64,000 bases of DNA from Chrysomallon squamiferum. Taxonomy: Eukaryota > Animalia > Mollusca. The position numbers and the translations under genes were made by a program. Where the stretch lies: positions 13,020,001 through 13,084,000 of the forward strand of contig CM022665.1 of the NCBI GenBank assembly GCA_012295275.1, read 5' to 3'. A model generated the notes under the pieces. The model was not told the origin of the DNA. It did not search any database and saw nothing but the letters and a program-made list of their open reading frames with translations. Shown here piece after piece: positions 40,573-54,900 of the stretch; position 1 is the stretch's first letter, and every line of letters starts with the position of its first letter.

Positions 40573-42727
40573 TCTTCTGATCCTGAATGTTGTGGAAACA
40601 AAACAGTATTGTTAGTGAAAAAAAAATGAAATGTAATGAATAAACAATTTAAAAAAAAGATGCAGTTAACAAATAATAATACAAATTAATATTTAAAAGA
40701 TGGCATGATAAAATTAATTTAGATGATCTTGTTAGCTTGTTGCTTTTTTTTCATTTTATTTTTTACAAATTGTCTAAAGATTATTATAAATACATCTGAG
40801 ATAACAAAAACAAAAACACAATAGCAAATATGACATAAGACACACTGCAAAATATAGACAAAACTCTATATTATTATTATCCAATAAATTATTTAACATA
40901 AATAATGTCATGAAAAATTACAAACAGGATTATTTTTCATTTATAATTTTTAAAATCAAAATTATATACAGAGACAATCAAAACAACCTTTATGACATAA
41001 TGACAGTATGAATTCTGATATAAAAATCAGAAGGATGAAGAAAATAAAATTTTAAATAAATTACTTATGGACAAGTAAATTTTGTGAGTTGTGAACATTT
41101 ATATATTTTAAATTCAATATTTGATCATTTACATATATAAATGAAAATGCATAAATAATCTTTGCTGCAGTTTTAAAATATTATATTAAAATGTTGATTT
41201 GATAAGATATAAATGAATGGGAGTATTAAATATGTGATATTATATCATACTTAGTCATATATAAGGTATCAAATAACCTGTAAATATGATGGATATATTT
41301 CTACAATAAATATTCATTTCATCTTTTTTTTGTTTTTTGTTGTTTTTTTTCCTGGAGGGAATCACTTTCAATACTGATAAATATAAATAATTCTTGTGAC
41401 ACTGGATAAATATTTTGACCAATAGAACAAATAAGGATGTATATAAAAAAAAAATGTTAAACAAAGCTTAGTGTATCAAAAACAACTATCTATATTTTAT
41501 AGAACTGTAATAATACAAACATTCAATAAAAGGTTATAAAGTACATGCAATATCATGCAAAAATGTAAATGCATGAAATTTATAAATAAGCATTTCATGA
41601 ATGAAGACAGATATTGGTCAAGATTGGCACAGTTATCTCCCCGTATCTGTCTTCAATCAGTAAAATACTTATAACATTTTTTAAAATCTCTCAAAAGAAA
41701 ATGTACAAGTCACATAAATCTAAGTTATTAAACTAATATTAACAGAAATTAATAAAATATAAAATTAAACTGAATGGATGGATGGAATAATTTAATACTA
41801 TTTTGTACTTTGTAAACATTCAAAATCTATGTTTTCATGAAATTATTTGATTTGATTCCATGAAATTTTAATATACATAAACATCATGAATAATCACAAA
41901 AATGTGATAAATAATTAAACAAGACAATATCAGGTCAAAAATGATAATCAAATAATATTCTTAGTAACAAATGCTAGTAAAAAAAAGAAAAAATATACAT
42001 TTTGGTCAAAATAAGACAATTTCTATAAACACATTCTTCTAATAACAGTATAGATATTAGTATTACATTTTAATTAAAGTAACCCAAGAATTTGAAAAGA
42101 TTCAATATTATATACAAATTTTTAAATTAGAAACAAAACATATCTCTGATTTTAAAACATTTTCTGGTAAGTGAAAGAGATATGAATGAAAATAAAGTTC
42201 AAATAATGTTTATGAGTTTGAAGAATCTCTATTAAAATAATATCTCTAATAACAGTTCACTGACATAAGAATAAAATGTTGTATTATTTAACAGTTTATT
42301 AACATGGTGATGAAACAAAACAAAACAAACTTCTGATACTGTAAGAAACAGTATGAACTACAATTTTAATGTTATTCAGGATTTAGTAATATTAAGTTTT
42401 GAAATTTGAATTCTATTATTAATATTTAGTAAGAACTTATTAAAAGTAAGGTAATATTATACTGTTTGATATCACAAAATATGGCATAGTGTTTTTTTAA
42501 CTCCAAAAAGAATATTTTGTTCTTCTAGATCTTCTTGAATAGGTACAGATAGGCCAGCTCAAAAGAGATCACTTTATCTGTTGTAAATTCTGAAATTAAA
42601 AAAAATAATTTTAATTGCCTATTAAAAAACACAGTAAACCAATAGGAAGAGCTGGTCTAATATAGTTTCCAAGAAAAAAAAAAAGAATATATAGAAAAAA
42701 TAAATACATATATATATATATATATAT

Positions 42728-42972
42728 GGTGATGCCTGGGCCCAACTCCTTGATTGTATGGCCCAAAGACTCAAGTATAAGGCTAAAATTGGGAAATATT
42801 ATGAGAAAGGAAGATATTTTTAATATGTAAACACAGATGAAACATAAAATAAAGACTTTATTTGATTTAAATATAAATCAACCACATTTATTGTTCTTTT
42901 CTCTGGCTGGATGGCCCCCCATTTGGATGCCTGGAGCCACCGCCCCTTTGCCCCCACCTCTGCACACCACTG
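42728..42972. mobile_element. hAT-like MITE remnant (related end fragment at 32702-32743)
   Basis: GGTGATGCCTGGGCCCAACTCCT matches the reverse complement of 32702-32724; both loci end in CCTCTGCA(C/T)ACCACTG. Confidence 0.5.
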
Positions 42973-43936
42973 ACCAGTGAATTAACATTATTAATGTTAT
43001 AAAATTTTAAAACATTTTATTTTAAAAACATCAAAATGGAAATTGTCATATGTGTAGAAGTTAAATGTAAAGTACTCTTACCACTTTCATAGTTTAGATT
43101 CCTGGTTTTTAAAAAGCTGCCATTATATATCACAGTCTAATCTTGTTTTAGTAACAATCTGTATTCCATCAGCCATAGTGAACAAAAATAAATATTGCTT
43201 AAAGCTAAGTTGTAACAATCATTTGGCACACTGGTCTCATATCACAGTTTCTTTTTCTTCTCAGAATTACTTGTTCCCAAATGTCGTTTCACAGCAGTTA
43301 TAATGTTCAGGGAAAATTTGTTTTGAAAATCAACAATGGATGATAAATGTGATAATTTTCTTCATAATAAATCTTCACCTGCATGAATTTTATGAAATTG
43401 TTTTTGAAAACAATTTTGTTTCAAAAGAGAACGAAAAAAGGAGAAAAAACAGAATAAAATATCAATAGAAAATAATTATATCTTCTAAAATCTTGTGTTT
43501 TCAAACACCATTTGTTTTCACCAGCAGTGTCTGAATATAAAATATTTTCCATATATGGGTTTATCTCATATGTGTTCATTTCTGTTATATAATTAATATT
43601 TGACAAATCTAAAATATATTCCTTTGGCAGGAGAGCCAAAAACATTCAACTTCTTTTAACTTCATTTAAAAAAAAAAATTTAACTGTTGAAAGCCTCTAG
43701 TTACTAAAATCATGTTCATATAGTTTCTTTTTTTAAGAAAAGTATCTACAAATCTCTACTTTATTAAAGAGTATGTACAGATTGTTTATTTCTTTGAAGG
43801 ATATAAAACCCTCTTGACTCCTAAAGCCATGTCTAAATACATCTGATTTCTAAAATACTGCACAAATAAGTTCCTCTGTTAAAAGGATCTAAAGCAGCTG
43901 GTGCCGACAGTTAAATACAATTAGAATATTCCATGT

Positions 43937-44453
43937 TTACTTTGGAGGATCTTTTGGTTTCCGAGTTCGTTTTCGTATCCTGGCTTTAATATCATTAGCT
44001 GTGATGGGTCTTGTCCTTGAGTACCTCCCTTCATAACTACTCTCTGGTTCTGAAACTGAGAGAAAACTGTGAGAAGAATCAGGAAAAGACTCTAGATCTG
44101 TCGACATCAAAGAGGAAGGTGTATCGCTCTGCCGTGGACTCAGTGAAGCATCGATGCTCACATGCAAACTGGATGTGTAAGGCAATGATTCCCCAGGGAC
44201 TGGACTGATGGAGGTGTCTACTGTCAGGTGAGATATTCCCTGGTAGGAGCCTCTGTGTACAGGACTAGCAGATGAATCCCTGATGATCCTTGGACTGCTG
44301 TGGTAGCTGATGTTTCTCTGAGGACTTGAAGATGAGTCTCGTACGGAGCTGGTGCTGTACAGCATGCTGTCAATGCTTCGCTGACTTCTGGCAAGATGGT
44401 CTTTAGCATATGCTGCATAGTGTCTGTATGATGTGTCTGGATGTGTTTGTGAC
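43937..44453 (-). CDS. STARD9: STARD9-like gene, probable last coding exon (Ser/Pro-rich, basic tail)
   Basis: In frame from the 44453 acceptor through ORF 43937-44365 to ...IKARIRKRTRKPKDPPK*. Confidence 0.65.
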
Positions 44454-44610
44454 CTGAATGAAGATTACAACAAAGGCGTGAAAAGGGGGGCCAAAAACCA
44501 TCAAAACAAACAGATGTAAAATAATATGGCTACTGTGTTATTTACTGCTTGGTCATAAATATTTACATTAGATAATAAAGTACTGAATAATGTTTATGTA
44601 CAGAGTGATG

Positions 44611-44807
44611 GGTAAAGTAAAATGTTTACATACTGTGTGACTGGTGAAGTAAAATATTTACATACTGTGTGACTGGTGAAGTAAAATATTTACATACTGT
44701 GTGACTGGTGAAGTAAAATGTTTACATACTGTGTGACTGGTGAATTAAAATGTTTACATACTCTGTGTCTGGTTACGTAAAATGTTTACATACTGTGTGA
44801 CTGGTGA
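44611..44807. repeat. 32-bp minisatellite (6 copies) spanning an exon/intron junction
   Basis: Unit AAGTAAAATGTTTACATACTGTGTGACTGGTG; period 32 (44631, 44663, 44695, 44727, 44759, 44791). Confidence 0.95.
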
Positions 44808-44897
44808 CAGGAGTTGAAGTTCATTTATTGCAGAATCAGGACTTTCCATTGATCTGTTGTGCTGGTCACGAAGATTACGAATTTCAGTGTCAATGTC
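44794..44897 (-). CDS. STARD9: STARD9-like gene, 104-nt exon
   Basis: Polypyrimidine acceptor; DIDTEIRNLRDQHNRSMESPDSAINELQLLSPVT; donor CA|GTATGT; phase matches the next exon. Confidence 0.7.
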
Positions 44898-45578
44898 CTA
44901 GAAAAGAAAATATTAGATTTATATCTGTTTTTACGCTTTTTCTCACTAATATACTTTTAATATTTTTTAAAGCCCAGTGTACCAATACCATTTAACCCAT
45001 CATAGCACATGCTGGAACATCTAATCAAACCTTAGGTATGAAATATGCTACTGCCTCTCATCCATAAGCTATTCTTATCAATTAGCAGCATGAACTACTT
45101 TATTTGCACCTTTCCATAAACAGAGATAAACATTATTATGAACTTTTGTAGTGCTAGTTAAATAAATATCAATTTAAAAACACCATCAAAACTGGGTTTT
45201 TTAAATGTCTATTCTAAAAATAATTTATGAGACCATTATCTTGAAAACATGATTATAAATCTTTACGAAATTCTATTGTTGATGTGATATTTTGGTTTAT
45301 TTTATTTTTCAAAGGCTATACAAACAGAAAAGCAAATATGATTTTTTCTTTTTATATATTTTTTTAAACTGTATTTAAGAAACCTTAGTCTGTATAAAAT
45401 AAAATACTGATGAAGAAATCATTTAGCATATGAATATTCTGTATGAAGAATATAAGGTTTACATTAATCAATATGGGTAATAATATTTAAAATAAATGAA
45501 TGGTTGGCTTAATGATATCCAGCATGAAAAAAATAATGAACAGATAAATACATGAATAATTTAAGATAATAAATTTAC

Positions 45579-45657
45579 CCTTGAACTAACAACAGCATCT
45601 AACCCAGCAGGGGAAAAGTCTCGATGGAATGCATAGGAAGATAATGTGTGTCTTGAG
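45579..45657 (-). CDS. STARD9: STARD9-like gene, 79-nt exon
   Basis: AG/GT boundaries; in frame: SSRHTLSSYAFHRDFSPAGLDAVVSSR. Confidence 0.65.
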
Positions 45658-45726
45658 CTGAAAAATAGAAATTAATTATAAAACCTTAAAATGATGATAT
45701 ATTAATGAATATTACTTTGCATAGCA

Positions 45727-45776
<50 letters not shown>

Positions 45777-45962
45777 TTATTAACACCATTATCAATATTA
45801 CATTGTACTACTCATGTATGTGTCATAATGTAAGTTGTGTGTGTGTGTGTGTCTGAATGTTTGTGTGTATATGTATGTATGTATGTGTGTATATATGTGA
45901 GTGGGTGCATAGATAGTTAGCTAGTTTGTAGATAGCTAGTTAGGCACAAACATTTTTCTTAC

Positions 45963-48900
45963 CTTTCTGTTTTTGTTGTTACTTGTTTTGTTCTGGACTC
46001 CAAACTCCTCAGTGACTTTTCTGCCTCTGATATTTGCAGACGATTTTCACTTCTAATGGATGAGGACTCCTGTAGGAGCTTGTCTGGATCCTCAGCAGTG
46101 TATGTGAACTGGGATACATTTGGGTAATATTTTTGAAGTTTGGAGATAAGAACACTGTCAGGAGACTGGTGATATCTTCTGCCAAGTTCCACGCTGTGTG
46201 GCCGATACTGAAGTGATCGGTTATCAGTGGATGCTGATCTCTGACTTAACAGGTGTCCATGGGAAATGCTGTAGCTTGTTCTGACATCTGGTGAAAATGA
46301 TCTGTCTGGTGAGCATTCCACACTGGATGCTGGACTGAAGGAGTAATTTCTGGGACTAAAGGAAGTATCAAAGTATGAAGGTGATGCCGATCTGGATCGA
46401 AGTTCCTGAAGTTCTTCTTCAGAATTTTCAACCAGATTTCTCCTCAGTTTAATCAGATGTTGTTTGTGCTGTTGTGGTGTCATAATTTCTGGAAAGGTAA
46501 GATCAGAAGACTGACTTGTGTCAGAAGTCAGTCTTGAACTAGGGGACAGTCTTGTACTAGAAGATTCTCTTGAACTAGGAGTCAGTCTTGAATTAACAGA
46601 CAATGCTGTGTAAGGAGACATTCTTTTTCTCTGTGTTGCTTGCCTGAAGTGGTCTGAATTATCTGGTTTCAATGGGCTGGAGCTTCTTGTTCTCTCATAC
46701 AGCTGTTCTTCACGAAGTCTTTCCAGTTTAAATGCTTCAATCTGAGCCTTTCTCTGCATCCTTATGATGTCACTGTTTCTTGCTTTCCTCCTGCCTCGTC
46801 CCCCTGTCAGCTTTCTCTGGTGGCCTTCCAGACACACAGTAATGTCCTTTTTGTCCTGCTTCAGTTCTGATCTGTACTTTGCAAGATACTCTTTAGTAAC
46901 TTCATTAAATCTTGGTTTGCTTGACATTATGTTGTTATACTCATCATCCCAGTTGTCTTCTATTGACGCCAGTAAAAGATCTGTCTGTCCGATGCAGTAA
47001 TTCAGTTTCTGCTCTAACAGTTCTACAGTCAGACTGGATGGTAGATAGTTTAAGGACAAAAGTTTGATAATTTCAATTCTCTCTCTTTCTAACCTGTCTA
47101 GATCTGCCTGCATCTTCAGCTGCTTCTCCAGTGAGGGTGGGCAGATTGTTGAGCTCTGATCTCTCCTAAGTGTGTTAAAATAAGCTTTCTTCTGAAAAAT
47201 TTCATCTTGGTCTGTTTGTGTGAACTCATCTGAACTGTCCACTGATGCCTCCATTCCAGTGCTGATGTAGTATCTGCTAGGATCACTGAAGTCTGACAAG
47301 TTTCCATCATATTCTTCTAACTCTGTGAAGTCTGATGACCGATCAGTGATGTCAACTGTTTCCATAGCCTCATCATCAGTTCCACATTCCTTTTCTGCAG
47401 TTACTGCTGAAGGTTTAGTTGTTTGTGATTCCTGGGAGACCAAAAGATTAGTTTGTGATCCTGTTACAGTTTCTTTTCTTTTCTTTCTCTGTCTTCAAAG
47501 GCAACAATTGATGGCAATATATTTGCATCATGTGAGAAACTGGAACTGTGAAATATTAATTGTGCTGCTGAACTGTAAGAAATTAAATTACTGTTGGAAC
47601 TGGTGAGGAGGTTAGCAGTTTGATCATTTTCATCAATGGAATTACCAGCATCTTCTGTTTTTGAGGTTTCTGTAGAACTGATAGTAAAATTTTCATCTAA
47701 AACATCTGGAATATCTTGCACATTATCAGAAGTTAATACCAATATTTTGATGTCTGTTTGGCTCTCAGAATCAAGTTTTGGAGTGTTGATATCTGTTTGG
47801 TTGTCAGAATCACGTTTTTCAGTTTTGATGTCTGTTTGGCTGTCAGAATCATATTTTTTATTGTTGATGTCTGTCTGGCTCTCAAAATCAAGTTTTTGAG
47901 TGTTGATGTCTTTTTGGCTGTCTGTATCTAGTTTTTGAGAGTTGATATCTTTTGGACTGTCGGAATCAAATTTTGGAGAGCTGATATTTGTTGGGCTGTC
48001 AGTATCAAGTTTTGGAGAATTGCAATCTATAACAGTCACTGGTGAAATGCTACTGGATGTAGAGGAGTCAGATGATTTTCTGGATGGAATCTGTGCAGTA
48101 AGAAGGACTGGTTTTGTCAAGTGACTTGATTTAGATCTTTCCAGCAACTCCATCATTCTTGCATGTTCCTTCCTCAACTCTTCTATGTCTGGTGTAAGAT
48201 CTGAGATCAAACCTGTGTTAGGAAAATAGGAATCTATTGATGGTAATAAACTTGTCAACCCTTCATGTAATGATTGTAATTCTGTCAGAGCCTCAGGTCT
48301 TGGGTGCTCCATACACTCATTTTCTCTTCTTAGTGAGTCATTTTCTGTTTGACAAAGTTTTGTAGAAGATCCTTGTCTTTCGGTTTCAGTGCTCCTTGTC
48401 ATTTTTTGATTTGAAGAACTTGTATAGGTCTGTGCAGCCTGACTGTTCCTTGCTTCTCTGAATGCACGTGTTGGACTTCCTGTGCTGAAATCATGTGTTC
48501 CATCTGAAACATCTGATAAACTGCCAATGCCAGAATCTTGGTAACTGTAATAATAATCCTGAACTGGATGCCTCTGCCATTTTATTCCAAGTGTATCTAT
48601 CTGTGTTGTCTTAGACTTGTCATCATCAGCTTGGCAATCACTGTCTCTACTCTTGATCCTGTTATCATCAGATGGTACAGAAAGAGTTTTATGAAGATCA
48701 CTGTGCTTTTCACTGACATCTGCAAAATTTCCAGATATTTCTCTATGTTCTAAACTGTCCTCTCCTTCAGCTAATACATCTACAGTATCTTCAGTCTGAA
48801 GCATTATATCAACTCTGGTATCAGGCAATGTTTGTGTTGTCACTGCTTTAGTTTTGCAACTTGGACCAAGATCATTTTCATACACTGTTTGACTGGATGC

Positions 48901-51900
48901 TGCCTTCTTTTCAGATTTGTCAAATGTTTTTTGTTGGAACTCCTGAGTTACTGATACAGGTTTGTAACTCCTTCCATGTTCAACATCTGTAGCATGTTCC
49001 AATTCATCAGTCTGACAAGACGTTTCTACATGTTCATTACCAACAGAATCAACTTGTATTAAAGCATCTGCAAAATGCCTGTAATTTACTAGTGGATATG
49101 GTCCTGTGGTTTCAGATTCACCATTATTAGATGAAAAATCTTCAAACAGGTCACCTCTAGTTTCTGTCTGAGTTTGTGAGGTTTCACTAGCACTAACTGA
49201 TGTCTGTGTGGATGTTTCAGACATTTCAGAAAAGGATGTGCTGATGGTGCCAGTAACCGAAGTCTGAGTCTCTGTCTGGACAAATGTTTGTATGGTGATG
49301 TCAGTAATTTGTCTTTGATTAACATCACTGTCAGTCTGAACAAATACAGAACACAGATTGTTTAATGATCCACCAGTCTGAGTTTCCGTATCTTCTGTCA
49401 CAAGAACACTTACAATTATATTGGGAGCATCAACATCTGTGGCATACATCTCTGGAAAGTAATCTTGTATATTTTCTGATTTATTTTTTGGCTCCATCAT
49501 GTAAGAATAACCTTCACCTGGCCACTGACTGCTACTAGTTGTATCAATACCAGAATCTGTTGTTCCCAATGTTGCACCTTTCACAAGAGGATTTTCATAA
49601 GTTGATTCTTTTTCAGAGCCTCTTACATCTGTATCATCTTCAATGAAGTCAGCAGTTTGACTAAAAGTCTTTAAATCAGTGTTTTCTTTGTCAGTCCCTC
49701 TCACAAAGTCATTTTCTTCAGCCATCTCATTTGAAAGTCTGAGCTCAAATTGTGGAATTTTGTCACCAGTGTCTTGTTGTTTAATGCTAATTTTTGCATC
49801 TTTTATGTCTGGAATAGCTCCCATTTCAAAGGCTTTTGTACCTGGAGTCACAGAATCACAGACATGAACAGAAATCTGCGAACCATCAGGAGATGGACTT
49901 GAAATAACAGAAATTTCAGCATCTGTTGTTGAGATTACATCAGAGTCTTCAGGAATAAAAACACTGATAATTTCACTTTCAGGAACAACATTATTTTGTT
50001 CTGTGTCATCAGATGGTTCAAGTATTGGTAATGATGAAATGAAATTAGGATTGTTATTTAGCTCTTGTAGTTTTCCTTTGTTGTAAGGCACATGCAGTGT
50101 AATTCTTTCTGGTGGCTGTACAAAACATTCTAATCTCTCACAAACAGAGGCTGTTGGATGTTCATCCTTCAGTGATTTCAAATCTTCTGTCTCAGGTTCT
50201 TTCACTGACTTCAAGTTAGTATCTGTAATATTCTTAGGTTTTACATGTTGTGACTTAATATTGTCTTTTATTTCTGATTCACTTGAGTTATCAAACTCTG
50301 AAAGCTGTGGTTTACATGTGACAGTCTTATCTGAAGTGTAATCTGTTAGTTCACTTGATGCACTTTCAGAAATTCTATCAGTAATCATATCAGCCATATT
50401 GTCTGTTAATTTATTTGCTATTTTGTCTGCTGTTTCATGTGTACTTAGGTCTGCAGTTTCAACTGGTATTTTGCCTGCTGCTGTTTTATCTGATGCTTCA
50501 TCTGCTGCTTCACTTGATAGTTTGTCTGCTGCTTCACCTGATGTTTTGTCTGCTGTTTCACCTGATATTCTGTCGGCTGCTTCACTTGATATTTTGTCTG
50601 CTGCTTCACCTGATATTCTGTCTGTAGTTTTACCTGATATTTTGTCTGTTGTTTCACCTGATATTTTGTCTGTTGTTTCACCTCTTATTCTGTCCTGTTT
50701 TCTACCTGTTATATAGTCTCCTGCCTCACCTGATATTTTGTCTGCTGCTTCACCTGATATTCTGTCTGTAGTTTCACCTGATATTTTGTCTGTTGTTTCA
50801 CCTGATATTTTGTCTGCTGCTTCACCTGATATTTTGTCTACTGTTCCACCTGAAATTGTATCTGCTATTTCAATTGTTATTTTGTCTGCTGCTTCTTTTG
50901 ACATTTTGCCTACTGTTCTATCTGAAATTCTGCTGGCTGTTTCATCTGTTATTCTATCTGCAGATTCACTTACAGTTGTTATTTTGTCTTCTCTTTCACT
51001 TCTTATGGCTGCTATTTTGTCTGCTGTTTCATCCGATGTTCTGAATGCTACTTCACCTGATATTTTGTCTGTTGTCTCGACTGTTATTTTGTCTGCTGTT
51101 TCATTTGTTATTTTATCTGTTCTTCCACCTCTTATTTTGTCTACAGATTCATCTGTAGTTCTGTCTACTGTTTCATCTGTACTTAGGCCTTCTGTTTCAT
51201 TTGTTATTTTGTCTGCTGTTTCGGTTATTTTGTCTGTTGTTTTATCTCTTATTTTGTCTGCTTTTTGACTTGTTATTTTGTCTGCTATTCCACATGTTAC
51301 TTTGTCTGTTGCTTCACCTGATAGTTTCCCTGTTGTTTCGTTTACTATTTTTTCTGTTGTTTCACCTGTTATTGTGTTTGCCATTTCATTTACAATTTCA
51401 TTCATCATTTTGTTGGCAATTTCATACTTTATTTCATCTACTACCTCACATGCAGCTTCACTCACAATTCCTTCACCAGCTTCATCTTTCATTATAGAAG
51501 CAACTTCTCTGTCCACCATTACCTCCTCCTCCTCATTCAATTCTGTCACACCAACATAGTCAGATAGTTGTTCTTCTGATAAAGCTGTTTCCTTACTGAT
51601 GTTTTCATCACCTTCATAAGACAAGACAGCTTTGCCTGAATCAATTTGAGAAACAGGAACTTGGAATGGTTTGTCAGACATGAGAAATCCTTCTGAATCT
51701 TCTTTCCTCTCCTTCCCAAATGAGACTTTAGCTGTTTCCAGAGGTAAGGACCAAGCAGAAGAGGAGTCTTCTGACATGATTCTTGGTGGAAATATTTGTG
51801 ACTCTTCTCCAGCATCATCCATTTTGATTTCTGAACCTATGTTCAGCAAACTGTCAGAATGTGATGTGTGAATGGATGAATCATGGTGTAATTGTTTTGT

Positions 51901-54900
51901 AATACTGCCCAGTGACTGTGATTTTGCTGAAAGAGGTGGAAGTACACTTTCACTGACATCATTCTGACTCTTGTTCAATCCTCTGTCATCACCATAATGG
52001 ACAGAATCAGATGACTTTTGCAATGCTCTGTCACTGATGGATACACTGGTCAAAATATTTGACTCAGGCATCTTAGTCTGAAGAGTGGTTTGATCTTCTG
52101 GTCCAAAAAATAAAAATGTAATACTGTCCACTGATGAATCTGTGGACATGGTCTTATCAGCTTCATATTGGTTCATACAACCAGTAGAAAAAGATCGACC
52201 AATGGTTACATCTGGAGGAATTTCTGTTTCAATGTCAGACATAGAAGGAGAACGTTTTCTTGTAGCTCTGTCAGAAAATGGTTGATCTAAATACACTGGC
52301 CGGCCTTCACTATCGAAACCTTTGAAGAGCAGCTCAGATGTATCACTGATGACTCTTGGCAGTTGTTGATCTGATTCAGTCTGTTCATACTTCATGGACT
52401 CAGAAAGGATGTCTTTCTGCAAAATATCATCTAAGTCCTGAAGACAAATTTCTCCTGGTGACAGTGATCTTCCATCAAAAGAAGATGAAGTTGACGTTTC
52501 TTCATATATTTCAGATAAATCTTCAGTCTCATCAAATGAAGTATTACAAAGCTCAACCTGATTTCCTTCTTGTTGTACAGTATCATTTGCATTTTCTTTA
52601 TCATCAGACACATATTGGAGAATTTCTATAGTTATATCTGGACATACTGATGTTTGCAGGACATCATCATTTTTGCTTCCATCAGGTGTATCAAAAAACT
52701 GCTGATGTTGTGAGAACATTGACAGTAATGTCTCATTTGAAGAATCCACATTCAATGTTCTATGAAATTCTTTTAACATTGTTTCAAGTTTTCTCATACA
52801 TTCTACTTCTGCAAGGTCATCTAAATCACCTGTTGATCTAGTTCGTCTACCTCTCAGTCTAAGTCCTGGTTTCTTCTTTAAATGTGCTAGAGTACTATTC
52901 ATTGACTGGCTTACAGGAAATGGATTTTCACCAGTCTCTAAGATGGTGTCAATGAGTCTTTTTGGAAAACATCCCCTTTGTAAAGTTCTTCTTGAAAAAT
53001 ATTTTTTATGTTTTGGTTTCACACCTGCAGAAATGACTTTTCTTGTATTTTCATCTTCAGAAGATGGAGAGGCTTCACAACATATCTGTAAGTCATCATC
53101 ATCATATACATTACCAGAATCCTTCAGTGATGATTTTCTGACAAATTTTAAATTACTGGGAGAAAGCACTTCATTTGCATCACTTACAGCTCCTGGTGTT
53201 GTTGAATCTAAATAGAAAACATCAATATCACTTGGTTGGATGTTTCCATGTTCAGTGAGTGATTTGTCAAATTCTCTGGCCCTACTGCTTCTTGGAGACA
53301 TAGCATTTGACTCAATATCAGTAAAATCTGAGCTAATAGCTGAATCACTGAAGCTTCTGACTCTTGTTTTCAGTTTTTCAATTTCTTTCTCAATTTCTTT
53401 CTTCAGTTTCTCCTTGTCTGAATAATTTCCTCCACTAAGGTAACCAAACGACAGATTGGAATAAACTTTTCCAGCATCAGTTTGACTCTGGTTTGATTTT
53501 GAGGGAAGTGGTAAGTGTTTTGAAAAGGTTGGTTTCAAATCACTGATGTTGGGATATAATTCTTTGGGTTCTACATCAATGTCAATCATGTCCACAGAAA
53601 GCTGAGGCATTTCTGAGCTTAACAATCTGCATGCATCTCTGGGTGATTGCTGAGGGGTTCTGTAGAGGGAAGAATCAGAGCTTCCACTAAGTGAATGATA
53701 AACATCATCAGAATCAGAAACTGGAGATCTCTGCTGAAACTGAATCATATAAGACTTTTCTTCAACTGTTCTGGGAGTGATGTTTTCTACATCCTTAATG
53801 CTTGCAAACGTTTTCTCTGATACTGAATCAAAATCATCTGCATTACCTTCTTTCTGATCTTGGTATGTTTGAAATGACTCATCACCAATGTTTCTGGGTA
53901 CTGGCTGCTCATCTGATACTGATTCTTGATCAGAAAAGTGAAGCTGTGAAACTGTTAACTCAATATTTGCATCCAGTGAATCTACGTGATCAGTTTGTTT
54001 TTCCTTCTGCTGATTTAAGTCTAATGTGTTTTCATCTGGTTGTTGCTTGCCTACAGCTGCCAAATTAGAATCTTGCTGCATAATGTCATCCAGTGAACTT
54101 TCATCTTTCTTTGATGTGAATTGTTCAGATTTTGTTCTCAGATTCTCATTTCTGGGGCTTTGCTGCACATTTTCTTTTAATGTACTTTCATTGTCTAACT
54201 CTTGATTGGTTTCTTCAATTAAAGAGCTCTTGCCATCTTGAGTTGCAGCAATTCTAGGTGTTGCAATCTTTTGCTGTTTAATATTATCTTCCTCACTATA
54301 AATGTTCTGTTTCTCTGAAGTTCTTAATTGAATGCTCTGCATCTGACTATCTTCTTCCTCACCTTCTGTTGGATATTTTCCATCTTGGGGTGTGGAATCT
54401 TTCTTATAATGCTCTTTGTCAGGTTTTTGTTCCTGTACGTTATCACTTTCCATTTCATACTCTGGCTTTACCTTGAACTTTGCAAAGTGAGAACTCTGCT
54501 GCTTGTCATCTTCAGAAGTTAAATTTATTCCTCTCTGAACTCCATCAACTGTGTTAGAGTCCTGCTCCAACAAATCATAATCCTCTGCAGCAAGTGGTGG
54601 AAAACCTGATGAAATATTTGAAATTGTAGGTGATTCCTGCAATGATTCCAAAGCTTTTAGGCTATTATCAGGTTTCTCAGAATAAGAAACAGTTGTTGAA
54701 TTTTTATCCATCTTAACATTATCTTTTATAGCTGAGTGGTAACCATGCTCTGTATCATGATAATAAATGTCTGGTATTTCTAAGCTAATGGACATTCCTG
54801 ATTTTGAACCTTGCATCCAGGTGGTTGTCACATTAGTTATTTCATCATTGTCTGAAACTGCTGAAGAGAATAAATTTAGTTTTGCACCTCCTGTTTGATC

